A stretch of 43,938 bases of DNA. Origin: Rhodanobacter sp. (GTDB taxonomy: Bacteria; Pseudomonadota; Gammaproteobacteria; Xanthomonadales; Rhodanobacteraceae). The notes under the pieces were generated by a model. The model did not search any database. It was given only the letters and a program-made list of their open reading frames with translations, and was not told where the DNA came from. Shown piece after piece: positions 33,907 to 43,938 of the stretch. The DNA is taken from assembly GCA_049280175.1 (NCBI GenBank), contig JBAPPP010000103.1:1-43938 (forward strand). Direction: 5' to 3'. The first letter of the stretch is position 1; each line of letters opens with the position of its first letter. Made by a program: the position numbers and the translations under genes.

Positions 33907-35207
33907 AACGTTTCCTCGGCATCGTGGTTGTATTGGTGGTCATTGGGGTGGCGGCCTATTTCTGGTTGAATCGCACCGACGCCTCGGAGGGCACGGCGCC
34001 GGTGATTGTCGGCGCTCCTGCGGCGGCGGATGTGCTGGCGCGTGGCGAATATCTCACCAAGGCAGCGGACTGTACGGCCTGTCACACGGTGCCTGGTTCG
34101 GGCAAGCATTTCGCCGGCGGCGTCGCGTTTCGTCTGCCATTCGGCACGATTTATTCGTCGAATATTACGGCTGACACGGACACCGGCATCGGCGGCTGGA
34201 GCGATGACGATTTCGTTCGTGCAGTGCGTGAGGGTATCCGCAAGGATGGCAAGCGACTTTACCCGGCGTTTCCTTATACCTCTTACACGCAGTTGAGCCG
34301 CGGCGATGTCCTCGCCATCAAGGCGTATCTCTTCAGTCTGCCAAAGATCTCACAATCCAGCAGGACGAATGATCTTGGTTTTCCCTTCAACCAGCGCTGG
34401 GCGATGGGCTTCTGGAACGCGGCGTTTTTCAAGAGCCAGCGCTTTGTTGCCGATCCGTCGAAATCCCCGCAGTGGAATAGTGGTGTGTATCTCGCGACCG
34501 CGCTCGGGCACTGTGCGGAATGCCACACACCGCGAGATGTCGGTTTCGGACTGGAGCATCGCAACGAGCTGGCCGGTGAGACGCTGCAGGGCTGGCGTGC
34601 CTACAACATCACATCGGATACGGTGCACGGTATCGGCGCCTGGAGCGACAGCGATATCGCGAGCTATCTGGCCACCGGACATGCGGACGGTCGTGGTTCC
34701 GCGTCCGGGCCAATGGGCGAGGTGGTGGAAAACAGCCTTCAATACCTCAAGCCGGAAGACACCGCAGCACTCGTGGTCTATCTGCGTAGCGTTCCCGCGC
34801 GCAAAGGCAGCGATCCGATCAGTATCGACGCGCACTCACCGCCCGTTCTGGCCTCCACTGATACAGCCCCCGGCGGGGACCGCGTAGACGCAAACAACGC
34901 AGGGCTCAAACTCTTCGAGGGCGCCTGCGCAAGTTGCCATCAGTGGAACGGTAAAGGCCAGGAGACGCCTTACGCTTCGTTACTTGGCAGTCGTGGCGTA
35001 AACGACGTCAGCGGCATCAATGTCACTCAGGTGATCTTGCAAGGCTCCAAGATGCGCATCGATGAGCACGATGTCTTCATGCCGGCATTTGCAAAGTCGT
35101 ACTCGGACACGGAGGTGTCGACGTTGGCGAACTACGTCATCGCGCACTTCGGGAACAAGATGGAAACGGTTACTCCAGACGTTGTAGCGAAACGTCGTCA
35201 ACTTTAA
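33903..35207 (+). CDS. Membrane-anchored tri-heme cytochrome c subunit (ADH/gluconate-2-dehydrogenase type)
   Basis: N-terminal TM; CTACH, CAECH and CASCH; LYPAFPYTSY. Confidence 0.93.
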   Translation: MKRFLGIVVVLVVIGVAAYFWLNRTDASEGTAPVIVGAPAAADVLARGEYLTKAADCTACHTVPGSGKHFAGGVAFRLPFGTIYSSNITADTDTGIGGWSDDDFVRAVREGIRKDGKRLYPAFPYTSYTQLSRGDVLAIKAYLFSLPKISQSSRTNDLGFPFNQRWAMGFWNAAFFKSQRFVADPSKSPQWNSGVYLATALGHCAECHTPRDVGFGLEHRNELAGETLQGWRAYNITSDTVHGIGAWSDSDIASYLATGHADGRGSASGPMGEVVENSLQYLKPEDTAALVVYLRSVPARKGSDPISIDAHSPPVLASTDTAPGGDRVDANNAGLKLFEGACASCHQWNGKGQETPYASLLGSRGVNDVSGINVTQVILQGSKMRIDEHDVFMPAFAKSYSDTEVSTLANYVIAHFGNKMETVTPDVVAKRRQL

Positions 35208-35285
35208 TCCTGGCGTCGCTGTAGGGTGGTTCTCGCTTGTTTTTTCGACCCCATAGCCAGTCGCCCTTGTTACCGAGAGGCCATC

Positions 35286-37007
35286 ATGACGACCGTAGCG
35301 GAAAGGCTGGTTGAAACTCTGGAAGCAGCAGGTGTAGAGCGCATCTACGGGCTGGTGGGTGATTCGCTGAACGGCATTACGGACTCGTTGAGAGCACGCA
35401 AGAAGACGCAGTGGATAGCTGTTCGTCATGAAGAAGTCGCTGCGTTTGCGGCGGGTGCCGATGCGCAGCTGACTGGAAAACTGGCGGTGTGCGCTGGTAG
35501 TTGCGGGCCAGGCAATCTGCATCTGATCAACGGTCTGTTTGATTGTCATCGCAATCGTGTTCCGGTGCTGGCCATTGCGGCACACATTCCAAGCACCGAG
35601 ATAGGCTCGGGTTATTTTCAGGAGACCCATCCGCAGTCCCTGTTCAAGGAATGCAGCCATTACGTGGAGCTCATCTCCGATGCCGACCATGTGCCGCGGA
35701 TCGTCGAGACGGCCATCCGCGAGGCTGTGACAAAACAGGGAGTCGCGGTCATCGTGATCCCGGGCGACGTGGCGTTGCGCGAGGCGGGCTCGCGCATGCC
35801 ATCGCCGCAGTTGATTCCTCGATTGCCACAAGTCGTCGCGGCTGACTCCGATATTGATGCCATCGCCGCACTGCTGAATGACGGTAAGCGAGTGACGCTG
35901 ATGTGTGGCGCGGGATGCGCAGGAGCCCACGACGCCGTGGTGGCCCTGGCATCGAAGTTGAAGGCTCCCGTCGTTCATGCCTTGCGTGGCAAGGAGCACG
36001 TCGAATGGGACAACCCCTTTGACGTCGGCATGACGGGATTGATCGGGTTCTCTTCGGGCTACCACGCGATGCTGGCCTGCGATACGTTGCTTCTGCTCGG
36101 CACCGATTTTCCCTATCGTCAGTTCTACCCGGAGAAAGCGCGCATCGCGCAGATCGACATTCGAGGCGAAAATCTGGGCAAACGCTGTCGCCTCGATATT
36201 GGCGTTATAGGCGACGTTCCCGATGTGCTCAAACGGCTACTCGGCCGGGTGGTGCAGAAAACCGACGATGCGCATCTCAAGACGGCGGTGGAGCACTACA
36301 AGAAGGCCCGTGCCGAGCTCGATGCCCAGGCGGTCGAGCACGCCTCGCGACGGCCAATCCACCCCCAATTTGTCGCCAAGGTTATAAGCGATCTTGCAGA
36401 TGAAGATGCCATCATCACTTGCGACGTGGGTGAACCCACGGTCTGGGCGGCGCGCTATCTGCGCGTCAATGGCAAGCGTCGATTGGTGGGGTCTTTCCTG
36501 CACGGCTCGATGGCGAACGCGATGCCGCAGGCCATCGGCGCACAGATTGCTTATCCCGGTCGACAAGTCATATCCATGTCGGGCGACGGTGGCTTCAGCA
36601 TGCTGATGGGCGATCTGCTTACCGTGCGGCAATCCAAGTTGCCGGTAAAGATCGTGGTGTTCAACAACGGTCTGCTTGGTTTTGTGGACATAGAAATGAA
36701 AGCCGGCGGGTTTCTTCCCGTGGGGACCCACCTGGACAATCCCAGCTTTGCCAAAGTGGCGGAGGCTGTGGGCATCTATGGTGTCCGCGTGGAAGATCCC
36801 GCACAGCTTGCCGATGCGCTCAAGCAGGCATTCGCACACGATGGCCCTGCGCTTATTGACGTCGTGACCAACCCACTCGAGCTGATCATGCCGCCGAAGA
36901 TAAAGCTCGAGCAGGCGAAGGGATTCAGTGTCTGGATGATGAAGGCTGTACTCAATGGTCAGGCCAATGAAATAGTCGAGTTGGCGCGAACAGCTTTCGG
37001 ACGCTGA
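35286..37007 (+). CDS. poxB: Quinone-dependent pyruvate dehydrogenase (pyruvate oxidase)
   Basis: GAGG RBS before ATG35286; [63 protein letters not shown]...NN ThDP motif. Confidence 0.93.
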   Translation: MTTVAERLVETLEAAGVERIYGLVGDSLNGITDSLRARKKTQWIAVRHEEVAAFAAGADAQLTGKLAVCAGSCGPGNLHLINGLFDCHRNRVPVLAIAAHIPSTEIGSGYFQETHPQSLFKECSHYVELISDADHVPRIVETAIREAVTKQGVAVIVIPGDVALREAGSRMPSPQLIPRLPQVVAADSDIDAIAALLNDGKRVTLMCGAGCAGAHDAVVALASKLKAPVVHALRGKEHVEWDNPFDVGMTGLIGFSSGYHAMLACDTLLLLGTDFPYRQFYPEKARIAQIDIRGENLGKRCRLDIGVIGDVPDVLKRLLGRVVQKTDDAHLKTAVEHYKKARAELDAQAVEHASRRPIHPQFVAKVISDLADEDAIITCDVGEPTVWAARYLRVNGKRRLVGSFLHGSMANAMPQAIGAQIAYPGRQVISMSGDGGFSMLMGDLLTVRQSKLPVKIVVFNNGLLGFVDIEMKAGGFLPVGTHLDNPSFAKVAEAVGIYGVRVEDPAQLADALKQAFAHDGPALIDVVTNPLELIMPPKIKLEQAKGFSVWMMKAVLNGQANEIVELARTAFGR

Positions 37008-37069
37008 GCGGCCAGAAGTTCGTACACGTCGTCGAACGGCAATCAGCTTCACTGCGAGAGGGCGCCTCT

Positions 37070-38326
37070 GTGACCAACGCATCCGTATCGTCAACGATTG
37101 CGCAACCCAAGGCCCGTGCATTTGCTATCGCATGGGTGTGTGCGTTGCTGTTTTATTTTCTGGAATACGCGGGGCGCTCAGCACCTGCGGTGATGATTCC
37201 AGAACTCTCCAAGGCCTTCAACGTAACCGCGCTGGGTGTCAGTACCATTCTCGGCTACTACTACTACACGTATGCCGCAACGAGTTTGGTGGCCGGTGTT
37301 CTTCTGGATCGACTGGGTGCCAAGTACGTTGTTCCGACCGGTATGGCCATTCTTGGTATTGGCTGCCTTGTCTTCGCTGTACCACAGCCGGCCTTGGGCG
37401 ATGTCGGTCGTCTCCTGCAGGGAGCCGGGTCTGCGTTTGCGTTCACTGGCGCTGTCTATCTTGCGTCCCACGGCTTTTCCGCACAGCGTCTGGCCACGGC
37501 TATCGGACTGACGCAGTGCCTGGGCATGCTCGGCGGTTCGGCCGGACAGGTGGTCGTCGGCCCCTTGATTCACGGGCCAATCTCCGTCGCCACTTTCTGG
37601 TCATTGCTCGGCGTGGTTGTGCTCGTGACGGGTGTGCTGTTGTTCGTGCTCACTCCAAAGGAGCCGCGCGCGCCGACCGCTCCGGGTGGAACGTGGAGTG
37701 CGCTCAGTACCTATAAAGTGGTGTTTTCAAATCCCCAGTCCTACCTGTGCGGACTGGTGGCGGGTTTGTTATTCGTTCCGACCACCATTGGCGACATGGT
37801 CTGGGGTGTGCGTTTCTTCCAGGAGGACAAGCTATTCAGCTATCAAAGCGCTGTCTTCGCCGCTTCGATGGTGCCCTTGGGATGGGTTTTCGGCTGCCCG
37901 CTGGTCGGTTGGCTGGCTGACATGCTGCATCGGCGCAAACCGGCACTGATAGGGGGCGCTTTAGTGATGTTGTTGTGTGTCATCCAGCTGCACTTCATGC
38001 CAACGCTGGCACCAGCCTGGCTTACGTTACTGATATTCGGTGTGGGATCGGGTGCAGCCATGATCCCTTACACCATCATCAAGGAAGTCAATCCGGACAG
38101 CGTGAAGGGGAGTGCGACTGGCGCGATCAACTTCCTGACCTTCAGCGTAACCGCCTTTGTCGGACCCATCTTTGCTGGTCATTTTGGCAAGACGCTAAGC
38201 ATCGATAACGTGGATCCCGTCGGGCACTTTCGTCATGCGGGGGTGTTCTGGATCGCGATCATCGTGCTGGCGTTGCTGGTATCCCTGACGCTCAAGGAAA
38301 CGGGTCGCCCGAAAGTGGGTGGGTAA
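37070..38326 (+). CDS. MFS transporter
   Basis: Multiple TM segments; AGVLLDRLGAK and GWLADMLHRRK loop motifs. Confidence 0.88.
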   Translation: MTNASVSSTIAQPKARAFAIAWVCALLFYFLEYAGRSAPAVMIPELSKAFNVTALGVSTILGYYYYTYAATSLVAGVLLDRLGAKYVVPTGMAILGIGCLVFAVPQPALGDVGRLLQGAGSAFAFTGAVYLASHGFSAQRLATAIGLTQCLGMLGGSAGQVVVGPLIHGPISVATFWSLLGVVVLVTGVLLFVLTPKEPRAPTAPGGTWSALSTYKVVFSNPQSYLCGLVAGLLFVPTTIGDMVWGVRFFQEDKLFSYQSAVFAASMVPLGWVFGCPLVGWLADMLHRRKPALIGGALVMLLCVIQLHFMPTLAPAWLTLLIFGVGSGAAMIPYTIIKEVNPDSVKGSATGAINFLTFSVTAFVGPIFAGHFGKTLSIDNVDPVGHFRHAGVFWIAIIVLALLVSLTLKETGRPKVGG

Positions 38327-38521
38327 TGCATCGTATGAGCATCTAGCCCAGCATGGTTGTTCGCAGGGACGCCGCGTACGCTGAGCGCACGTCCGATTAC
38401 GGTTAAGCGAACCATTGCGCCCGATTGCGACCTCAATATTCGGCGCTTGGAAAATCGCTGGCGTATCCGTACAGTAGTGAGAGGGCCTGTCGGCGATTAC
38501 CCTTCGCGAAGAGGTACGGCA

Positions 38522-39652
38522 ATGGATATCTCCGATCTGCTCGCTACCATGGCGGCCGAGCATGCGTCCGACCTTTACCTGAGTCACGGTGCGCGGCCGT
38601 CGATGGTTGTCGCCGGGGTGCCACGCTATCTAGGCGACAAAGAGTTAACGCCGATCGATACGCACGCGATCGCCTATTCGGTGATGAACGATCGGCAGCA
38701 GAAAGAGTTTGAATCAACGCTTGAGATGAATCTTGGTATCGCGCCAGCGGGCATCGGCCGCTTTCGCGTCAACGTATATCGGCAGCGCGGTGAAGTGGCG
38801 GTTGCCATTCGTTACATCACCACCGAGATTCCGGAAATCGAAAGCCTGCGACTGCCCTCGGTACTGCGCGATCTGGTGATGTTGCCGCGCGGCCTGATCC
38901 TGGTGGTCGGCGCGACCGGTTCGGGCAAATCGACCACGCTCGCCTCGATGCTCGACCATCGCAATCGCCATCATGGCGGACACATCCTCACCATTGAGGA
39001 TCCGGTCGAGTATCTGCATCAGCATCGCCAGTCGATCGTCGACCAGCGCGAGGTCGGCATCGATACGCTGAGCTATGAGAATGCATTGCGAAATGCCATG
39101 CGCGAAGCGCCGAACGTGATCATGATTGGTGAAATCCGCGATCGTGAAACCATGCAGCAAGCGATCGCCTATGCCGAAACCGGCCACTTGTGCCTGTCCA
39201 CCCTGCATGCCAACAACGCCAACCAGACACTCGATCGCATTCTCAATTTTTTTCCGGACACTGCGCGTCATCAATTGCTGGTAGACCTCTCGCTCAACCT
39301 CAAGGCGGTGGTTTCACAACGCTTGTTGCACGCCGTGGATGGCACGCGTGTACCCGCCGTCGAACTGATGCTCGTCACCGCCTACATTTCCGAGTTGATC
39401 GAGAAAGGCGAAATCGCGACCATCCGCGACGCGATGAAGCAGAACAGCGAAGTCGGCATGCAGACCTTCGACCAGGCGCTGTATGTGCTCTATGCGGCGG
39501 GCACCATCGGTTATGCCGAGGCACTCGAGCATGCCGATTCGCGCACGGATCTCGCACTGCAGATTCGTCTGCAGGGCCCGGCGCCGCACGAGAGTGCCCG
39601 TGGCGTGGTGGACGGCATTGAGCTGCCGCTGTCCTTGCAGCTGGGAAAGTGA
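38522..39652 (+). CDS. pilU: PilT/PilU family type IV pilus ATPase (PilU-like)
   Basis: GAGG RBS before ATG38522; ASDLYL, GRFRVN, GATGSGKSTT, TIEDPVE, QREVG.DT, IGEIRD, LSTLHANNANQ (PilU-type), GMQTFDQAL. Confidence 0.88.
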   Translation: MDISDLLATMAAEHASDLYLSHGARPSMVVAGVPRYLGDKELTPIDTHAIAYSVMNDRQQKEFESTLEMNLGIAPAGIGRFRVNVYRQRGEVAVAIRYITTEIPEIESLRLPSVLRDLVMLPRGLILVVGATGSGKSTTLASMLDHRNRHHGGHILTIEDPVEYLHQHRQSIVDQREVGIDTLSYENALRNAMREAPNVIMIGEIRDRETMQQAIAYAETGHLCLSTLHANNANQTLDRILNFFPDTARHQLLVDLSLNLKAVVSQRLLHAVDGTRVPAVELMLVTAYISELIEKGEIATIRDAMKQNSEVGMQTFDQALYVLYAAGTIGYAEALEHADSRTDLALQIRLQGPAPHESARGVVDGIELPLSLQLGK

Positions 39653-40039
39653 GCGAAGTGATGGCCGCCTTCTAGCCGGGGCACGCCATCCCGAAACCCC
39701 ATTCACGGCAATCGCAGGGTCTGCGGAAGAGCCATTCGGCCGCTGACAATGACTATAAGTACGGTGCAACAGAGATGCCACTTCAAACGTGCTGGCGATC
39801 TCTCCAAGTTCCAGCTTCAGGCGAGCGCGTGAAGCTGAAGAGCTGTGCCAGCCGGGCCTTCCTCCTACGCGCCTATCCGCTAGCCTACGAGGCCCCGTTC
39901 GGCGCACTCCAGTGCGCCTTTGCCGCATTTGGTGGCATTCCCGATCCACCGCGCCGCGCCGATCTTTTGCGTTAAGCAGCTTGCCGGAAAGTGGCCGGCT
40001 TCCGTGGTGCGTAAGCCCTTTTGAGCGCCTCCCCAAAGT

Positions 40040-40070
40040 CACTTGCATAATGATAGTTTCATATATATGA
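40040..40070. promoter_or_regulatory. AT-rich promoter/operator candidate upstream of the HxlR-efflux operon
   Basis: AT-rich patch containing the 12-bp palindrome tcatatatatga (40059-40070), about 40 nt before the regulator start. Confidence 0.45.
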
Positions 40071-40109
40071 TGACCATCATTCAATGATCTGGCAGCGAGG
40101 AGCGTGACC

Positions 40110-40637
40110 ATGCAGCGCACAAATCTTGAAAGCACGCAGTGCCCGATCGCCCGCAGCCTGGAGCGGGTGGGAGAGTGGTGGAGCATCCTGATCCTGCGCG
40201 ATGCCTTCCAGGGCATCAGCCGCTTCGATGACTTCCAGAAGAGCCTGAACATCGCACCGAACATGCTCACTCGCCGGCTTCGCGCACTGGTCGAAGACGG
40301 TCTGCTGGAGCGTCGTCGCTACAGCGACAAGCCGGTACGCCATGAATATGTACTCACGCCGTGTGGCCGCGATTTTCGCCCCGTGCTGCTGACTCTGATG
40401 GCATGGGGCAACCGGCACTTTGCGCAGGAGGGTATCAGCATGTTCCTCGCCGATGAGCGCACGGGCGAGCAAGTCGAGCCCGTGCTCATCGACGCGCGTA
40501 CTGGCGAACAAATCGATCGCGAACACCACACCTTGCGTGCGGGCCCGGCCGCCAACGAACGACTTCGTGCCCGCGTCGAGTCCAGCAGGCAACAACGCTT
40601 GCAGGGTAGCGCGCCATCCTCTTCTTCATCCCTTTGA
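40110..40637 (+). CDS. HxlR/DUF24 winged-helix regulator
   Basis: CPIARSLERVGEWWSILILRDAFQG..RFDDFQKSLNIAPNMLTRRL..LVEDGLL, EYVLT..GRD. Confidence 0.92.
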   Translation: MQRTNLESTQCPIARSLERVGEWWSILILRDAFQGISRFDDFQKSLNIAPNMLTRRLRALVEDGLLERRRYSDKPVRHEYVLTPCGRDFRPVLLTLMAWGNRHFAQEGISMFLADERTGEQVEPVLIDARTGEQIDREHHTLRAGPAANERLRARVESSRQQRLQGSAPSSSSSL

Positions 40638-40664
40638 ATCATCCCTTAATTCCGGAGCTTTCCC

Positions 40665-41777
40665 ATGAGCACCATTGCGGCTGTCGAACGGACGGCCATT
40701 CCCGACATCACTGAAACCGCGCCGCCCCGAAGCAAGCGCAAACGCATCCTTGGCGTCGTCATCGGTGCGGCGCTGGTGCTTGGTACCGTTTACGGCGCGC
40801 ATTGGTGGACGACCGGGCGCTTTATCGAAGACACCGATGACGCGTATGTTGGCGGCGATGTAACGGTGATCGGTCCCAAGATTTCGGGCTATATCACGCA
40901 GCTGGCCGTTAGCGACAATCAGCAGGTGCATGCCGGTGACCTGTTGGTGAAGATCGACGACAGGGACTATCGCGCTGCGCTCGCGAAGGCTGACGGTGCG
41001 GTGGCGGCACAGGAGGCGCTGTTGGTGAACCTCGACGCAACCGCACACTTGCAAGCGGCGATCATCGGGCAGGCCAGGGCGGGTATTGCCGTTGCCGAGG
41101 CCGAGGCGACTCGGGCCCGTGACGACGAGGTGCGTTATCGTGATCTGGCGGGTCGTTCGGCGGTTTCCGTCGAGAGCGCGCAGCGCGCCGATGCGAGCTA
41201 CAAGACAGCTCGAGCGAATGACGACAAGGCGGAGGCGGTGCTGACCGCCAATGAGCGCCAGCTCGACGTGATCGCCTCGCAGAAACAGCAGGCACGAGCG
41301 GCGCTGATACAGGCCGAAGCCGAGCGTGACATTGCGAAATTAAACGTCGGCTACACCGAACTGCGCGCGCCCGTCGACGGCACCGTTGGCAACCGCCGTG
41401 CCCGGGTGGGCACGTTCGCGCCCGCGGGCTCCCAGCTGCTCGCCATCGTACCGGCACACGGTTTGTGGGTTGACGCGAACTTCAAGGAAGACCAGCTGGC
41501 CCGCATGCATGCGGGACAACCGGTGGTCATCCATGCCGACGTGCTGCCGGGCCGGACTTTTCATGGCCGTCTGGCCAGCCTGGCGCCAGCCACCGGCGCC
41601 GAGTTCAGCGTGCTGCCACCGGAGAACGCAACTGGCAATTTCACCAAGATCGTGCAGCGCGTTCCGGTACGTATCGTGCTGGAAAAGCAGGACGACGTGC
41701 TTGGCGCGCTGCGCCCCGGTCTGTCCGTCGTGGCTGAGGTAGACACTCGCGCACCGGGCCGTGCAGGCGCGCCATGA
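40665..41777 (+). CDS. emrA: Membrane fusion protein, EmrA/HlyD family
   Basis: N-terminal TM, TDDAYV, V.DNQ.V.AGD.L, T.LRAPVDG, ANFKE, PPENATGNFTKIVQRVPVRI. Confidence 0.9.
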   Translation: MSTIAAVERTAIPDITETAPPRSKRKRILGVVIGAALVLGTVYGAHWWTTGRFIEDTDDAYVGGDVTVIGPKISGYITQLAVSDNQQVHAGDLLVKIDDRDYRAALAKADGAVAAQEALLVNLDATAHLQAAIIGQARAGIAVAEAEATRARDDEVRYRDLAGRSAVSVESAQRADASYKTARANDDKAEAVLTANERQLDVIASQKQQARAALIQAEAERDIAKLNVGYTELRAPVDGTVGNRRARVGTFAPAGSQLLAIVPAHGLWVDANFKEDQLARMHAGQPVVIHADVLPGRTFHGRLASLAPATGAEFSVLPPENATGNFTKIVQRVPVRIVLEKQDDVLGALRPGLSVVAEVDTRAPGRAGAP

Positions 41778-43351
41778 ACGCGCGATTTTCGACGCTCGCG
41801 TCGCCCTTCGATCCGGCCACGATGAGCACGGCGACGAAGGTTTTCGCCTTTGCCAGCATGTGCGTGGGCATGTTCATTGCGTTGCTGGATATCCAGATCG
41901 TATCCGCCTCACTGCGCGACATCGGTGGTGGGCTGTCCGCTGGCACTGACGAGACCGCGTGGATACAGACGAGCTATCTGATCGCCGAGATCGTGGTCAT
42001 TCCGATGTCCGGCTGGCTGTCGGGAGTGTTCTCCACACGCTGGCTGTTCGCCATCTCGGCGGCTGGCTTCACCTTGACCAGTCTGCTCTGCGGCTGGGCA
42101 TGGGACATCCAGAGCATGATCGTATTCCGCGCGCTGCAGGGGTTTCTGGGCGGCTCGATGATACCGATGGTGTTCACGACCGCCTTCGTCTTCTTCAATG
42201 GCAAGCAGCGCGTCATTGCGGCGGCGACCATTGGCGCGATAGCTTCACTGGCGCCGACGCTGGGCCCGACGCTGGGCGGTTGGATCACCGACCACTGGTC
42301 GTGGCATTGGTTGTTCTTCGTCAATTTGGTGCCCGGCATTTTCGTCGCCGTCGCGGTGCCCCTGCTGGTGAACATTGACTCGCCGAATCTCTCGCTGTTG
42401 CGTCGGGCGGACTACCTGGGCATGGCGCTGCTTACCGCCTTCCTCGGCTGCCTGGAGTACACACTGGAGGAGGGGCCACGCTGGAACTGGTTCACTGACA
42501 GCACCATCGTCACGACCGCCTGGGTTTCGGGTTTGGCCGGCGTTGCGTTTATCGCGCGCAGCCTGACCTACGATCACCCCTTGGTGGACCTGCGCGCGCT
42601 GCGCGACCGCAATTTTGCGCTGGGTTGTCTGTTCTCCTTCGTTACCGGCATCGGTCTGTTCGCCACGATTTACCTTACGCCGCTCTTCCTGGGGCGCGTG
42701 GAGGGTTATAGCGCCCTGCAGATCGGCGAGGCGGTGTTTTCCACCGGCGTATTCCAGATCCTCACCATCCCGCTGTATGTGTTTCTTGCACGACGCTTCG
42801 ATCTGCGTTGGATCCTGATGGGTGGTCTTGCGCTGTTCGCACTGTCCATGTGGGACTTCACGCCCATCACACACGACTGGGGCGCGCACCAGCTGCTGCT
42901 GCCGCAGGCGTTGCGCGGCATGGCGCAGCAGTTGTCGGTGCCACCCGTGGTCACACTGACGCTTGGCGGCCTCGCACCCTCGCGTCTGAAGCTGGCGTCA
43001 GGGCTGTTCAATCTGATGCGCAATCTCGGTGGTGCGATTGGCATTGCGGTATGCGCGACGATCCTTAACGACCGCACCAATCTGCACTTCTATCGCATGG
43101 CCGAACATCTCAATACAACCAACGAAGCGATGAACCAGTGGCTCGATCAAGTCGGGGGACGTGTTGCCAGCCTTGGCGACGCAGGCGCCGAGTTGCATCA
43201 GCTATGGCAACTGACTTTCCGGGAGGCGCAGACGCTCTCCTTCGCCGACGCCTTCATGGCGATCGCGCTCTGCTTTGCCATCGCTACCGTCTTGGTGCCG
43301 CTGATGCGCAAGGTGGCAGCCCCAGTCGCTCCCTCGGCCGACGCGCACTGA
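41774..43351 (+). CDS. emrB: DHA2 family MFS efflux permease, EmrB-like
   Basis: FIALLDIQIVSASL, WIQTSYLIAE, FRALQG, GPTLGGWITD..SWHWLFFVN, ASGLFNLMRNLGGAIG. Confidence 0.9.
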   Translation: MNARFSTLASPFDPATMSTATKVFAFASMCVGMFIALLDIQIVSASLRDIGGGLSAGTDETAWIQTSYLIAEIVVIPMSGWLSGVFSTRWLFAISAAGFTLTSLLCGWAWDIQSMIVFRALQGFLGGSMIPMVFTTAFVFFNGKQRVIAAATIGAIASLAPTLGPTLGGWITDHWSWHWLFFVNLVPGIFVAVAVPLLVNIDSPNLSLLRRADYLGMALLTAFLGCLEYTLEEGPRWNWFTDSTIVTTAWVSGLAGVAFIARSLTYDHPLVDLRALRDRNFALGCLFSFVTGIGLFATIYLTPLFLGRVEGYSALQIGEAVFSTGVFQILTIPLYVFLARRFDLRWILMGGLALFALSMWDFTPITHDWGAHQLLLPQALRGMAQQLSVPPVVTLTLGGLAPSRLKLASGLFNLMRNLGGAIGIAVCATILNDRTNLHFYRMAEHLNTTNEAMNQWLDQVGGRVASLGDAGAELHQLWQLTFREAQTLSFADAFMAIALCFAIATVLVPLMRKVAAPVAPSADAH

Positions 43352-43418
43352 GATCGTTGGCATGGTTGCGAATCGACCTATCCCCGTCAAACGAGCCGTA
43401 TCGGCTCAGGACACCGTC

Positions 43419-43938
43419 ATGAATTTCTTGCCCATCGCTGCCAACTCTGCGCGTTCACCGTCCATTCGTGCGGCGCGTTTCACCCTGCGCGCCGCCACGC
43501 TGGCAGCAGCGGTCGCCGGGCTCGTCGGGTGCATGGTTGGCCCCGACTACCCCCGGCCAGACCTGAAAACGAACACGCAGTACGCTAGTCAGGCATCGCT
43601 CGGTCAGCGAACCACAACGCAGCCGGCACCGGTACTGGATACCTGGTGGACAGGCTTCAACGACCCCGAACTCACGCGCATCATTGGACGCGTAATGGCG
43701 CAGAACCTCGATCTGGTTGCCGCAATGGCGCGGGTGGACCAGGCCAGGGCGGCGGCGCGCGAAGCGGGCGCGCAGCTGATGCCGCAGGGCAGCCTGGATG
43801 GTCAGGTAGTCCATCAACGTCAATCGGTCGAGAGCCCGCTGGGCGAGATCGGAAACGCGTTACCTGGCTATACGCGCAACCAGACGTTGGAGACTGTCGG
43901 CGTTGGTGCCAGCTGGGAGCTCGATTTGGCCGGCGGAC
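43419..43938 (+). CDS. Outer-membrane efflux lipoprotein (NodT/OprM family), 3' truncated by the window edge
   Basis: Not in the ORF track. Translated by hand from ATG43419: MNFLPIAA...LAAAVAGLVGC-MVGPDY (lipobox), WWTGFNDPELTRII..VMAQNLDL, ASWELDL; open to the end of the window. Confidence 0.9.
   Translation, partial: MNFLPIAANSARSPSIRAARFTLRAATLAAAVAGLVGCMVGPDYPRPDLKTNTQYASQASLGQRTTTQPAPVLDTWWTGFNDPELTRIIGRVMAQNLDLVAAMARVDQARAAAREAGAQLMPQGSLDGQVVHQRQSVESPLGEIGNALPGYTRNQTLETVGVGASWELDLAGG

Noticed and set aside
39653..40040. ncRNA or gene remnant between pilU and hxlR
   Set aside because: No recognisable RNA motif, terminator or protein similarity by inspection.

Overview
GC-rich bacterial window; a Proteobacterium, possibly Xanthomonadales/Rhodanobacteraceae-like, is my inference from gene content. 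It has two parts. (1) Bases 1-18.5 kb, all on the + strand, hold the distal half of an extracellular/cytoplasmic contractile injection system (eCIS, phage-tail-like) locus: tube-initiator-like, LysM, gp27/gpD-like hub, gp5-OB spike, PAAR-like tip, gp25, two baseplate-J-like proteins, a tail-I-like wedge protein and a DUF6519 protein. Upstream sit a papain-family protease, a PG-binding/CHAP hydrolase and an unknown Cys-motif, Gly-Ser-tailed protein; the last two are translationally coupled to the structural genes. Downstream sit a six-PASTA membrane protein and a coupled unknown gene. Sheath, tube and AAA+ ATPase genes are not in the window. The DUF6519 protein ends in a histone-H1-like Lys/Ala repeat instead of a fibre domain. 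(2) Bases 18.8-43.9 kb form a redox/electrophile-detoxification and efflux region: Ohr, two MFS transporters, three tautomerase-superfamily genes (two forming a CaaD-like alpha/beta dehalogenase pair), SDR, VOC, an RclA/MerA-like flavoprotein, an HD protein, MDR, a Tat-like alpha/beta hydrolase with TetR, MocA/XdhC with a three-subunit molybdo-aldehyde-dehydrogenase, PoxB, an orphan PilU and an HxlR-EmrAB-OMF efflux operon cut by the right edge. No rRNA, tRNA, CRISPR array, integrase or transposase was seen. All family calls come from motif recognition by eye, not database searches.
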